Shown here in pieces: positions 1 to 9,934 of a DNA stretch of 38,531 nt (position 1 is the stretch's first letter; every line of letters begins with the position of its first letter). The DNA lies in the NCBI GenBank assembly GCA_030167865.1, contig JALAGF010004007.1:1-38531 (forward strand). The letters run 5' to 3'. Below the pieces are notes generated by a model. It ran no database searches. It had not been told where the DNA came from and saw only the letters and a list, made by a program, of their open reading frames with translations. The DNA is from Craspedostauros australis. Taxonomy: Eukaryota. Both the position numbers and the translations under genes were made by a program.

Positions 1-311
1 GGGATGGCGATAGAGCACACGTCGACTGGTGGTATGTCCATCTGGAGAGAGCGTTCCGTTGCGCCAACGGCGTTGTTCGGCGGTTTCGCTGCTTTGGCAG
101 CGTTGCCTCCGATCTCGGATGGTTTGCCGTTGCCGACACCTGCACTGTTGGTGCGGTGAGACGGAGTTGCCGATGCGCCAGAGGAGGAGCCTTCCTCATG
201 TTTGCGAGAGGATAAGGGAGCGGTGAGGAAGCGGTCATGCAACCAGGCGTTCGCGCCACCTCTCGAAGCGGCGACGAGCAGAGCGTTGAAGAAGAGCAAG
301 GTGAGTCTCAT
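1..311 (-). CDS. 5' part of a secreted protein (runs off the window edge)
   Basis: Not in the ORF track because there is no stop in the window. ATG at 311 in ccatcATG context. Manual translation: MRLTLLFFNALLVAASRGGANAWLHDRFLTAPLSSRKHEEGSSSGASATPSHRTNSAGVGNGKPSEIGGNAAKAAKPPNNAVGATERSLQMDIPPVDVCSIAI..., i.e. a hydrophobic signal peptide, a low-complexity pro-region and an R-S-L-Q motif. Frame is open to base 1. Confidence 0.75.
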   Translation of the reverse strand, partial: MRLTLLFFNALLVAASRGGANAWLHDRFLTAPLSSRKHEEGSSSGASATPSHRTNSAGVGNGKPSEIGGNAAKAAKPPNNAVGATERSLQMDIPPVDVCSIAI

Positions 312-1162
312 GATGGCGATGGTTGCGCAGGGCACGGTGATGCTGATCCGAATGAAGCAGCCCTTGAAAGCACAGTGACGGAGAGTTCCGATGTGTGCTT
401 TTTATGGGATGGATCGGAAGAGTGATGTTGGCATCTGGGTGTGATACCTTGAATGTGTCTCTCTTCATTCAACAAGATCCGCAAGATCTCTGTTGCGTTG
501 ATGCCGCAGCGAACGAAGAGCAGCCGACCCAAACAGGTCGTGGAGAGGTCTTGTTTGGATCTGCTTTTCGTGATGTTGTGGTGGATGCGGGATGGCTTTG
601 CATGCTCTTTTGACACCCACGAGTTGCGGAACTGGGAATGGTATGTTCGCGAAGATCGCTTGCGTAGGAAGGCCTCAACTTTGCTTACGACTATGGCATG
701 GGGAATCGACGAATCCAGCACTCGCCAAGTTTGCTCTGTATTGATAAATATAGTACCCTTGCGTCGGATAGTAACGATAACATTGGATAGAGTCTTGGAT
801 TCGGCCTTGCCGATGTCATTCGTTTTCCACATCACCAAAGCGGTCAGCATGAGACAACGGAAGAGGTGATTCGTGGAGAGCCTCGCTCGTGTTTCCGGTG
901 CGCTGGGCATACGCGTCGCTCATCGAAAAGGAAGGCATTGCATCTGTCACATCTCCTCGTACATGTTATGCACGGAGGCAATGAGGAGGAGCAAAAGACG
1001 AGCATCAAGGCTGCGAAGAGTTAACTTCATTGTTACGGGCACTCGGCGCCATCTGCCGTGGATGCTGTTGATGGATGGCAAAAGCAATGATAGAACAGCA
1101 CCGCGCCATCCCCTCGCATGTCCTTGCATCTCATCCCAGCCTATCAATTCAACTACAGCACT

Positions 1163-3802
1163 CTACCAAACCATGTCTTGAACGGCCACGCCAGCTGCTG
1201 CTCCCATGGTGTGCTGCATCGGTGGCACGACATGGAAGCATGTGCGTGTGATCTCCTGGTGCTTCTGCAATGCTTCTGGAATCCCAGCGACAACCAAACC
1301 CTCCGGGATGGTGCCTTCGATATCGTTTGCGCACGTGGACTCTTTGCTCACGCGCGTCGTCTCGTGACTGCCAAGCTCCTGCAATGTGATGCGTGTCGCG
1401 GCAACCCGCTGCCTGGTTTGTGTGGGAGTTTCGCGGTTTCCGAATTGGTTCTGTTTGGTTGCTGTTGCTGTTGTTGTTGATGCCATTCGGATCTGTCCAC
1501 CGCCATTGATGCAACCGGACGGGCATGCCATTGCCTCGATGTAATCCAGCGCGTCTTTTGTCGATGTTGTTGTCGGACCTTCTCCCAACGGAGTCAACAC
1601 ACGCTGCAGCGTTTGCATCCCGTTTGCAATGGCGAACTTGAGCACTGGTTCCCATGGTCCTGCTTCATCCTCCAGCGCAATATCGCCAGCAGCAGCAGGA
1701 GAAGCTGCTCCTGTTGCAACCTTGTATTTGTTCGTCACGCTGCTGTGCAGCAATGTCGCTGTAAAGTAGTCTTGCGACCGTTTGCGTCGATTGGCCAACC
1801 GCGCACTGCGGATCGGCTCCGCAGACGTCGCGGAGTTGGTTGCGGCCGCAGCATTCTGATGCTGCCAAACGGATGCGGTGCGTGGGACTCGGAACTGGAA
1901 CAGCTCTTGGCACGCGTATCGGAAGATATAGTCCGCGTGTGCACCAGATGCGTAGGGGTCGATTGTCGACGCCGTCGCAGAATCGGTTTTGATGGCAGTG
2001 TCTTGGCCGGCATCCACGCCCATCGCATTGCTTGCGCCGACGGCGAATTCGCCTTGCTCCACCGTCAGAAGCTTTGCATTGCGGTTCATGGATGTTGCGT
2101 TTGATTCTGTTTCATTGCAGACATCTTGAAGCTCCTTCATGAGGTGCCGATGCCCGATGGTTTCTGCAAGAGACAGCTCGTCCAGCATCCGGAACAGCGT
2201 TTGATGGTTCGATTTAGCAACGTTGCCATTGCTGAGACTATCGTGCTTTGGTTGCGTGACATCCACCATCCCAGAATCGATGTCCATAGGATCGTCTAAC
2301 ATCTCATGCTGCTGCCGTGATTGTTCCTCAATCCACTCCAGCAGTATGGTCATGCATTCGTTGGTCGTCAATACAAGATCCACCTCCTTTTGGACTGGCG
2401 GCGCTTGCTTCTGCGTACCAATCCCATTGGCATCAGCGCCGTTCACACGCGCTGTTGATGGCAGAGCATGCCAGAAGTCCTTGCGCGATGCCTCCAGCTT
2501 CTTGTCATGACACGGCATGATGGCCCAATGCTCGATCAATGCATTGCTGTGGCTGTTTCCTGCACTACGTTCCGTGTTGTTCGCAAGGACGTTGTGGGTG
2601 ATGGCAGCACCAACCATGCTCATGGGTGATTTGGTAGACGCTAATAGAGGCACTAACGCAGGAATGGACTTTTCGATGAGGCAGACGACCGCCGGACATG
2701 CCGATGCGATCTGTGGCCGATTCATGGCTGCTCCCGCAGAAATTGCCGATCCTTCTTTGTACATCCGTTGCAGATCGGATGGCGTCACCGGCGTGCCATT
2801 GGGTTCCTTCCCATCGTACAACAGAGTCTTGTCGGCATGTACCGCAATGGATGGCGGTGGCGGCGCTGCTGCTGCTGGTATTGTCGTTGTCGTTGGCGGT
2901 GAGCCATCACGGTTAGCTTGCTTCTTGCTGCGATACGAGTCGCAAAACTCAATGGCCGCCTGCTGCCGGCTCCAGCGCAATGGGACAGTGCCATCCACAA
3001 CGACATCCACGTTGAGAATGCGATGCAGCAAAGTTGCGAACTGCCGCTGCCGCTTTGCGTAGAGCTCGCGGCGGTGCAATCGATTGTGCGCACCAGTGAG
3101 TTTGTCACTGTGCATCTCCCAAACGCGCAGGATGTCAGCCCACGATGCTGATGAGATGGTGAGCGTGCGAAGGTGGGTCCGGGTGGCAGATTTGGCGATC
3201 GTCTGCCTGAGCTTGGTCAGGGAATGCTCCTGCTCCAGAAGCACGGTCTCCGCAGTCGTAACGCAGCCGCTGCATGCCAAGCAGTCGGCAATGGATGCCT
3301 TGATCGGGTCCGCCTCTTCCTTCGCCTTTTGCTGGTTCTGCCTGAGCTTGTTCTTTGATGGGAGGAGGTTGTCAATCGAGCGAGTTGACATTGATGACGA
3401 TGGTGGTGTTGACGATGTTGACGATGGCATCCCTGGGTTGGTGGTGCCTTTGCCAACTCCGCTACGAGTAGTGGGCGGATCTACCACCGCAAGCTTTGGT
3501 CGTGTGATGCGTCGCTTTCGTCTGGGAACAACCACGGCACCCATCGCTGCTGAGGACGATTTGGACGACCTTCCGCCCGCTTTGCCGGTGTTGCCCGTCT
3601 TGGTCTGACCCTTATCCTTGTCGTTGCCTGTGTCTTTGTCTTGAGGCTGGAAGAGGGGATTGATGCATGCCTGCGATGGTGCCAGATAGTCATCCACCGC
3701 ATCCAGCATCACGGAAGACGACGAAGTCATGGTGCTTGTTCTGCTGCCGCTGCCAACAGCATTGCCGTTACCATCGTCATTGTTTGCCGTTGATGGTATC
3801 AT
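1163..3802 (-). CDS. NAR1: Cytosolic Fe-S cluster assembly factor Nar1/NARFL/CIAO3 (Fe-hydrogenase-like)
   Basis: Motifs DDYLAPSQACINP, ASIADCLACSGCVTTAETVL, ASACP, IMPCHDKKLEASR, VDLVLTT and YIEAMACPSGCINGGGQ, plus a C-terminal Trp. First ATG is at 3802; ATG 3730 (MTSSSSVMLD) matches typical Nar1 starts better. Confidence 0.95.
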   Translation of the reverse strand: MIPSTANNDDGNGNAVGSGSRTSTMTSSSSVMLDAVDDYLAPSQACINPLFQPQDKDTGNDKDKGQTKTGNTGKAGGRSSKSSSAAMGAVVVPRRKRRITRPKLAVVDPPTTRSGVGKGTTNPGMPSSTSSTPPSSSMSTRSIDNLLPSKNKLRQNQQKAKEEADPIKASIADCLACSGCVTTAETVLLEQEHSLTKLRQTIAKSATRTHLRTLTISSASWADILRVWEMHSDKLTGAHNRLHRRELYAKRQRQFATLLHRILNVDVVVDGTVPLRWSRQQAAIEFCDSYRSKKQANRDGSPPTTTTIPAAAAPPPPSIAVHADKTLLYDGKEPNGTPVTPSDLQRMYKEGSAISAGAAMNRPQIASACPAVVCLIEKSIPALVPLLASTKSPMSMVGAAITHNVLANNTERSAGNSHSNALIEHWAIMPCHDKKLEASRKDFWHALPSTARVNGADANGIGTQKQAPPVQKEVDLVLTTNECMTILLEWIEEQSRQQHEMLDDPMDIDSGMVDVTQPKHDSLSNGNVAKSNHQTLFRMLDELSLAETIGHRHLMKELQDVCNETESNATSMNRNAKLLTVEQGEFAVGASNAMGVDAGQDTAIKTDSATASTIDPYASGAHADYIFRYACQELFQFRVPRTASVWQHQNAAAATNSATSAEPIRSARLANRRKRSQDYFTATLLHSSVTNKYKVATGAASPAAAGDIALEDEAGPWEPVLKFAIANGMQTLQRVLTPLGEGPTTTSTKDALDYIEAMACPSGCINGGGQIRMASTTTATATKQNQFGNRETPTQTRQRVAATRITLQELGSHETTRVSKESTCANDIEGTIPEGLVVAGIPEALQKHQEITRTCFHVVPPMQHTMGAAAGVAVQDMVW

Positions 3803-4077
3803 GCCTCCCTCCAATCTGCGATGCTCGTCGTCTCTCTCCACTCGTACTCTTGTGCTCTTGCATGTGTCAGCCCTCCTGCCTTGAAAGATAAGCGATGACG
3901 ATGTACGGTATATTAGTATATGATACGTGCATACGATCTATCCAACTTGGCAGAATGTTGGCAGAGCGGAAAGTGTTACCGCGATACCGTTCTCAGCAAC
4001 ACAACACTCATCACCGCGATGGTCGGACGTGTTTGTGTTGACGTGAAAGAAGAAGAACAACAAAGAAACGAAGAATC

Positions 4078-4146
4078 GAACCCGAACGGCCAGTGTTTAA
4101 AACGAACGGTGGTGACGTCACGAACTGGAAACCAGAACCCGAACGG
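4078..4146. promoter_or_regulatory. Candidate cis-element in the NAR1/PfkB divergent promoter
   Basis: Perfect palindrome GTGACGTCAC (4112-4121) lies between two identical copies of GAACCCGAACGG (4078-4089 and 4135-4146). Confidence 0.35.
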
Positions 4147-4367
4147 GATACGGACAGACACGCAAAGAAAAGACATCAACAACAAGATCCGAAAAACGTC
4201 ATTTTCGCGATGGAATAAATGCCATCACAAATGAACGAGACATGAATGTGGCGAAGCGTTGACAACGCCCGAATCATCCAACCAGCCGATCACAAATCAA
4301 ATGCCGTCCTACCACATAGAATAGTACGACAATAGTGTCATCGGGTCACGACAACAAGACGGCGACA

Positions 4368-5729
4368 ATGATGGTCGCAATCTCTCTCACAGCTGACACC
4401 AAGTGGTGCACCACTCCAATGTTCCTGTTGATTGCCGTCTCACTTCTCTTCGCAGTGGTCCCCGTCGATGCCTTTCAGGTGAACAGTATTCGCATCAACC
4501 GCAACCCACAGCAGCCCAAGAGCATTGGCAGATGGACGTCATTGCAAGGCCAAGCCGACAATGATGGTGGTGTCGATGATTCCCAAACATCATCATCGTC
4601 ATCATCATCAACAACGGCAGCATCGCCACCTGCCCTGCTGTGCATCGGCGACGCGCTATTCGATTGCATCGCCAACGACAACGCGCGCGGTTGGAGCGTT
4701 GATCAAATCATGCAAAGCGAGGCGCACTGGACTGCATTTCCAGGCGGTGCACCAGCCAACGTCGCAACTGCCGCGCGCAAATTGGGCACCACCACGGCCT
4801 TTGCGGGTTGTCTGGGCAACGATGCGCAAGGCGACCAGCTGGTCGCGCTGTGCGATGAGATTGGCGTCGACACGTCTTTGGTGCAACGCAGCGATCGTCC
4901 GACGCGTCAGGTCATGGTCACGCGGTCGATGCAGGGAGATCGGGAGTTCGGCGCTTTCATGGAGTATCGCAAGCCCGACGCGTTCGCCGATTGCGATTTG
5001 GATCGCGCGCAGCTGATGTCGTCCACGACGATGCGAGGGGCGCGTTGGATCGTTTGCAGCACGTTGAGCTTGGCATTTCCCAAAGCTGCTGACGCCATCG
5101 ACGCGTGCATCGATCGGGCCATGCGGGAGGATGAGACCATGCTATACATTGATGTCAATTGGCGACCGGTGTTTTGGCCGCCGCAGGAAGACGAGGACGA
5201 TCCGTGGAAGGCAGCGAGAGCGACGATCATGGAACTAGTGCAAAAGGCGGACGTTGTGAAAATGACGGACGAGGAAGCGGAATGGCTTGTTGGCATTACA
5301 GCGCAAGAAGCATTGGAGCATCCCAAGTTGGTTCACGATCAAATCTCGTCGGCCAAAGCTGTGTTGGTGACGGCCGGTGAGAAAGGTGCCGCGTATTCCG
5401 TGCTGGGTAATGTTGATCGGGTGGAACCATTTGAAGTACCGGTGACTGAGACCACTGGCGCTGGCGATGCATTCACGGCTGGATTCTTGCATGGTTTGGA
5501 ACAGTTGATTCATGAACAAACGAAAAGTAGCGATGCGGTATCATCCGATCCATTTCAACTGTTGCAAAGAATGGAAGATGATGATGAACGAACCAAGGTT
5601 CACCAGATAGTGGAATTTGCTGCAGCGGTCGGTGCGCTCACATGCACGAAGGAGGGGGCTATCGCTGCACAGCCAACCTTTCAAGAGGTGGAGGTATTCC
5701 TATCGAAACAGCAGAACGACGAACTATGA
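4368..5729 (+). CDS. PfkB-family carbohydrate kinase (fructokinase-like), predicted plastid-targeted
   Basis: Motifs GGAPANVA, GCLGND, DVNWRPVFW, KMTDEEA, VTAGEKGA, ETTGAGDAFTAGF and GALTCTKEGA. N-terminus FLLIAVSLLFAVVPVDA|FQ followed by an S/R-rich segment. Start is ATG 4368, 4371 or 4419. Confidence 0.92.
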   Translation: MMVAISLTADTKWCTTPMFLLIAVSLLFAVVPVDAFQVNSIRINRNPQQPKSIGRWTSLQGQADNDGGVDDSQTSSSSSSSTTAASPPALLCIGDALFDCIANDNARGWSVDQIMQSEAHWTAFPGGAPANVATAARKLGTTTAFAGCLGNDAQGDQLVALCDEIGVDTSLVQRSDRPTRQVMVTRSMQGDREFGAFMEYRKPDAFADCDLDRAQLMSSTTMRGARWIVCSTLSLAFPKAADAIDACIDRAMREDETMLYIDVNWRPVFWPPQEDEDDPWKAARATIMELVQKADVVKMTDEEAEWLVGITAQEALEHPKLVHDQISSAKAVLVTAGEKGAAYSVLGNVDRVEPFEVPVTETTGAGDAFTAGFLHGLEQLIHEQTKSSDAVSSDPFQLLQRMEDDDERTKVHQIVEFAAAVGALTCTKEGAIAAQPTFQEVEVFLSKQQNDEL

Positions 5730-5735
5730 TCTAGC

Positions 5736-5752
5736 GAGAGAGAGAGAGAGAG
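5736..5752. repeat. (GA)8 microsatellite just after the PfkB stop
   Basis: gagagagagagagagag. Confidence 0.85.
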
Positions 5753-6068
5753 TTGAGCTGAGTTGATACCGGATTCATTCTTGATGTTACTTTTGTGCCG
5801 CATGGTGTCATGCAGTCGCAGAGTAGAGTATCGCGATTGGTTTGCCTTCGGTGGATAGGCGTCATGGAAAGGAGAGCGTCGCACGATTGACGCCATCTTG
5901 ATACACTATCCATGTGACATTCCGACATGCTTCATGCGATGCCTAGTATGTCTCGCTGTGCCTAGCCCCACCCTTCCAAGTATATCTCGCATTGAGCACA
6001 GTGGCCCAGTACTTGTTCGATAGCCATGAAGCGTGCTTCAAACAGGTGGCACAGGTTGCCTTCACCAC

Positions 6069-9000
6069 TTACTCCCAGTCACCCAGCGTCGAATCCAGAG
6101 TGAGCTCGTCTTGATCCTTGGGTGCGTACTTGGATTTGTGACGCTGCTGCTGCTGCTGTTGATGACTAGCGGAATGCTTCTTCTTCCGAGAATATGCGTA
6201 GACCATGTCGCGGGGTCTTGTGGGATCCATCACGTGAGAGGACGTTCGTCGATTATTGCCCTGCCGTTTGGACGTCTTCGTGCCCGATCCCATTCCGGGA
6301 TATCCTGGTGCTTCGTTCGTCGTCGTTGCTATCCACGGTGCGTTGGTGGACAACGACGACGCATTTTCTGGTATTTCTTGTTGCGGCGGTGGTGACTGCT
6401 GCTGCTGTTGTTGATGGGAAACAGCATATCCCCGTTGGGCTCTACTGTTGCCATTGGCATTACCATCACCATATCCATTCTGATGATTTTCATTGCTGTT
6501 CACGTACGCGCCGGTGTTGCCTCCCTTGGCCGAATCCTTCCGACGATTGTGCTTTCGATCTGTAGCGTATGACGTGACTGGACTGTGACGCCCTTGGGTG
6601 GGAGTTTTGGCTCGACGTCTTTGCGCACTCTTGCTTCTGCGCAGCAGTGAGGCGTCGCTCTCTGGTGGTGGCGTGCGCTGTTCGTTGGATTGTTGTTGCT
6701 GTTGTCGTTGCTGCTGCTGCTGATGATGATGTTGCTGGCTGTCATAACCATGTCCATCTTGCTGCGAGTACTGGTTCCTGGATCCGCTCTGTTGCCGCGT
6801 ATCATCGACGGAGTAGGATTGTGGATGGCCAAACGCTTGCTGCCCAGTTCCATCAAGATCGCCGCCACCGTTGTTCCCTCTGTGATGCTCATCGGCAGAA
6901 GGTGCGGTCGCTACAGGACCACCGCCGGTACCGCCACGTGATCCCTTCCGTGATTGATATCGTTTCAGATATCGTCTGCTTTGGTTGTGGTGACGTGCAT
7001 CGTCACGCCCGTTCGCATGATTCGTCTGCCCTTGCTCCTTGTTGCTCTGGGTGTTTCCGTTGGTATAGAAAACGCCATGTTCATCCGTGTACTCGCTTGC
7101 TTCGTCGGATATCCACTGTTTGACCGTGGAGATCAGGTGGGATCGTGGCATTGTGCTTATCTTGGTATCCGATTGAGGAAGCTGCTCGTCATCCGCATCC
7201 TGTCGTTCCTCCTTGCGTCCATCGGGTGGCGCATTGTGTGATCCGAATTGACGGTTCTGGCCACGACCGTCATATTGTTGTTGGTGGTGTTGGGGCTGCT
7301 GCTGCCCCATGACGTCCATGCCTCCGTTACCACTATCGCGCTGATCCTGTCCGTAAATGTTGGAATGCTGTTCATTCTGTTGGTGTTGATGCTGCAGCTG
7401 CAGCTGATCATGTCGTTGTCGACCGTTGTTGTTGTTGTTTGGATCATGGCCATGATTGTTATTGGGATGGTGATTACCAGCATACTCTTCCGCAACGTTG
7501 GGCATGCTGCTCCCGTCCGGTCCTGCATTGTGTGGTACCATTTGCGAATGACCCTGTTGTGGCTGCTGGTGCTGCTGAGATTGCGGTGGCCCCGATTCGT
7601 AGAGATGTTCTGTTGGTGTTTGCTCAGATTCATCATCATTTTCAATGGGCGTCATCACATCCTGACGTTGGCCTTGACCTTGACCTTGACGTTGCTGTTG
7701 TTGGTTCTGATGTTGGTTGGGCGCTATTTTGGTGCGGCGTCCACCATGCCCACCATCACCATTGCCATTGCCATCACCGCGGTCGTTGGTGTTGACGTTT
7801 GTTGCAGCACCGTTATGCTTTTCTGACGTTGTGGCCATCACTTCACCACCGCTTCCAACGATTCCAACGTCGCCAAAATCATTGTTGCCATTCACATTGG
7901 AGTTTCTGGGTGTCAGTGTCAAGTATCGGCTGTGCGGATTGTGGAGTCGGTCTGCGATCATCGATTGGATGCTCCGTAGCAACATCTTTGTATCCTGTAC
8001 TGCCTCCTCCTTGCGCTCCAGCTGCTGAGACAGCTGCTGCACTTGCTCCTGCAAAAGGGCGGCTTCCTCCTTTGCCTCCCACGCTTGCTTCCTCAACGAC
8101 GCTTCCAAAGCCACGGCGTTTGCCTTGTCATCTTCGTACGTTTCCTTGAGACGGTACATCTTGTCTTGGTAAGACTCCATCAACTCCCGACACTTGGCAT
8201 CCGAATCGTCGACCATCTTCTCGCGCGCCACCTTGGACACCTTGCAGAGCAACGGCGCCATCTTCTCCAGCGTCTCGATGAACCGGCGCTTGTGCTCCTC
8301 CCCACCCGTCCACACGGCGGAGTTCACCTGATGCGCGACCTCCACGGGCACCTGTCCCGACACGTCGCGACAGTACGCCGCCTTGGGATGGACCTGCATC
8401 AGCAATTGCATCAACGATTCCTCCGCACCCCATTGGGCTGCCACATGCAACGGCAAGCGACCTTGGTGGTCGTCCTTCGTGCGCGTCGCGATGGGAAACG
8501 TGGCAATGAGGTGCGCCACGATTTCTGGATCGGCCTTGCTGGCGCATGCCACGTGCAGCGGCAGGAATCCCCATTCGCCCTTGGTCGAAATGGCGGAAGG
8601 ATGGGCATCCAGCAAACATTGCACGATGTCCATGGTGGGCTGTTGCTTGCACACCGCATGCAGCGCCAAGTTGCCACTCGTGTTCATGATGTTGTGGATT
8701 CCGCTCGTGGCAGGCGAGGACAACGGCATGGAGGCTTCGATGGGATTGGCCTGGATGCGTGCGATGACTTGTGCGAACTGACGTTGCTCGATGAGTTCCA
8801 GCAATCCTCGTGATGTCGCTGTCGAATGAAGATGGTGATTTATCGGGGTTGGCGGATGATGCACGTTGCTACTCTGTCGCGCAGTTGCCGTTGTCGTTGT
8901 CGGAATTGGGGCGGCTATTGGTGTTGCTCGTCCTGGTATCTGCGACGATGGTGAAGGCGTTACTCCATGCGGTGCATGATGAACGTGGTGCTGCTGATGA

Positions 9001-9209
9001 TGCTGCTGTTGCGGATGATACGCGGACGGCGGCGGCAGTTGATGCGGAGGTGGTGCCATCTCTTCATGGTGCATCACCTCGTTTCCGCCACTGTATCCAC
9101 CCATGGGCATCCCTCCTGCGTTGTTCGCACGTGTCGGCGTCTTGGACCGTGAACCATGTCCACCATGGTATTGATGCTGCTGCAGGCTTGCCTGATGGTG
9201 GTACGTCAT
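6069..9209 (-). CDS. Ankyrin-like repeat protein with coiled coil and long Q/N/G/H-rich disordered tail
   Basis: Repeats GNLALHAVC, GFLPLHVAC, GRLPLHVAA and GQVPVEVA, spaced about 35 aa apart. A heptad-rich E/K/Q segment follows, then poly-Q tracts. Likely start is ATG 9209 (MTYHHQ); the ORF-track start at 9428 is not an ATG. Confidence 0.85.
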   Translation of the reverse strand: MTYHHQASLQQHQYHGGHGSRSKTPTRANNAGGMPMGGYSGGNEVMHHEEMAPPPHQLPPPSAYHPQQQHHQQHHVHHAPHGVTPSPSSQIPGRATPIAAPIPTTTTATARQSSNVHHPPTPINHHLHSTATSRGLLELIEQRQFAQVIARIQANPIEASMPLSSPATSGIHNIMNTSGNLALHAVCKQQPTMDIVQCLLDAHPSAISTKGEWGFLPLHVACASKADPEIVAHLIATFPIATRTKDDHQGRLPLHVAAQWGAEESLMQLLMQVHPKAAYCRDVSGQVPVEVAHQVNSAVWTGGEEHKRRFIETLEKMAPLLCKVSKVAREKMVDDSDAKCRELMESYQDKMYRLKETYEDDKANAVALEASLRKQAWEAKEEAALLQEQVQQLSQQLERKEEAVQDTKMLLRSIQSMIADRLHNPHSRYLTLTPRNSNVNGNNDFGDVGIVGSGGEVMATTSEKHNGAATNVNTNDRGDGNGNGDGGHGGRRTKIAPNQHQNQQQQRQGQGQGQRQDVMTPIENDDESEQTPTEHLYESGPPQSQQHQQPQQGHSQMVPHNAGPDGSSMPNVAEEYAGNHHPNNNHGHDPNNNNNGRQRHDQLQLQHQHQQNEQHSNIYGQDQRDSGNGGMDVMGQQQPQHHQQQYDGRGQNRQFGSHNAPPDGRKEERQDADDEQLPQSDTKISTMPRSHLISTVKQWISDEASEYTDEHGVFYTNGNTQSNKEQGQTNHANGRDDARHHNQSRRYLKRYQSRKGSRGGTGGGPVATAPSADEHHRGNNGGGDLDGTGQQAFGHPQSYSVDDTRQQSGSRNQYSQQDGHGYDSQQHHHQQQQQRQQQQQSNEQRTPPPESDASLLRRSKSAQRRRAKTPTQGRHSPVTSYATDRKHNRRKDSAKGGNTGAYVNSNENHQNGYGDGNANGNSRAQRGYAVSHQQQQQQSPPPQQEIPENASSLSTNAPWIATTTNEAPGYPGMGSGTKTSKRQGNNRRTSSHVMDPTRPRDMVYAYSRKKKHSASHQQQQQQRHKSKYAPKDQDELTLDSTLGDWE

Positions 9210-9934
9210 GATGGTCAAGATTGTTGCGTCTGCATTCGCATCAATGAATGGGAATGTGCACAATGCCAATACCAACGTGAGGGAAGAGCCTTGGTGGGAG
9301 ATGAATGATGGTGTGTGTGTGCGTATCCGTGGAAGCACAAGCAAACAAGGTTTGTGATCGGGTTGATGTGTCGGAGGGAGAAGCAACTGGATTTTGACAC
9401 AAAAGAACGCAAAAATGAAGCTCGCCAAAATGTGAGTTTGTGTCTCACCGAGTCGGATCGATCACGAACGATCATTCAAAACATTCACGCATGAGGATAT
9501 ATATTTGTTGGGCTTCGGCGATACGAAGGGACGAAATGGATCGAATCTCTCCGAGACTAACTTAGTACCTATTTCATAGTTCTATTCACCGCAGCTCCCA
9601 GAACAAAGAGAGGATTGAGTTCTGTTTTGACACGGAACAGATGGAACAAATCGGCTCCGTTGAAATCCAAACGATACGGCCACAGCCAAGGAAGCAAACA
9701 GCCAACATCGAAGCCAAAGCGGAAGACAAAGTAGAAGACAAAGCCAAGCGAAGAGAGGAGAAGGAGGCCTTCGGAGATCCAAAAGGAGGAAGGTGAAAAG
9801 AACCAGCCATATCTCACCCTTCTTCCGAGGCGCTTCAGAGCGAGAGCAACTGACGCATTGGTACCTTGAGGAGCTTCATTACTCTATCACTCCACCAACC
9901 TTTCTCGACGCTCGCCTCCGATCAGTGCCTTGCG

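Noticed and set aside
308..910. 200-aa minus-strand ORF and overlapping 138-aa plus-strand ORF (453-869)
   Set aside because: No recognisable motif. It lies between the NAR1 3' end and the start of the edge gene, so it is likely UTR/promoter sequence. It cannot be fully excluded without expression data.
1163..3841. Possible [FeFe]-hydrogenase
   Set aside because: The N-terminal ACINP / CLACSGC cluster, the KKLEASR motif and the terminal Trp identify Nar1, not a catalytic hydrogenase, and no maturase genes are nearby.
9430..9934. Purine-rich stretch with short hydrophobic minus-strand ORFs
   Set aside because: The F/L/S-rich translations result from A/G strand skew in a divergent promoter/UTR region; no coding signal.
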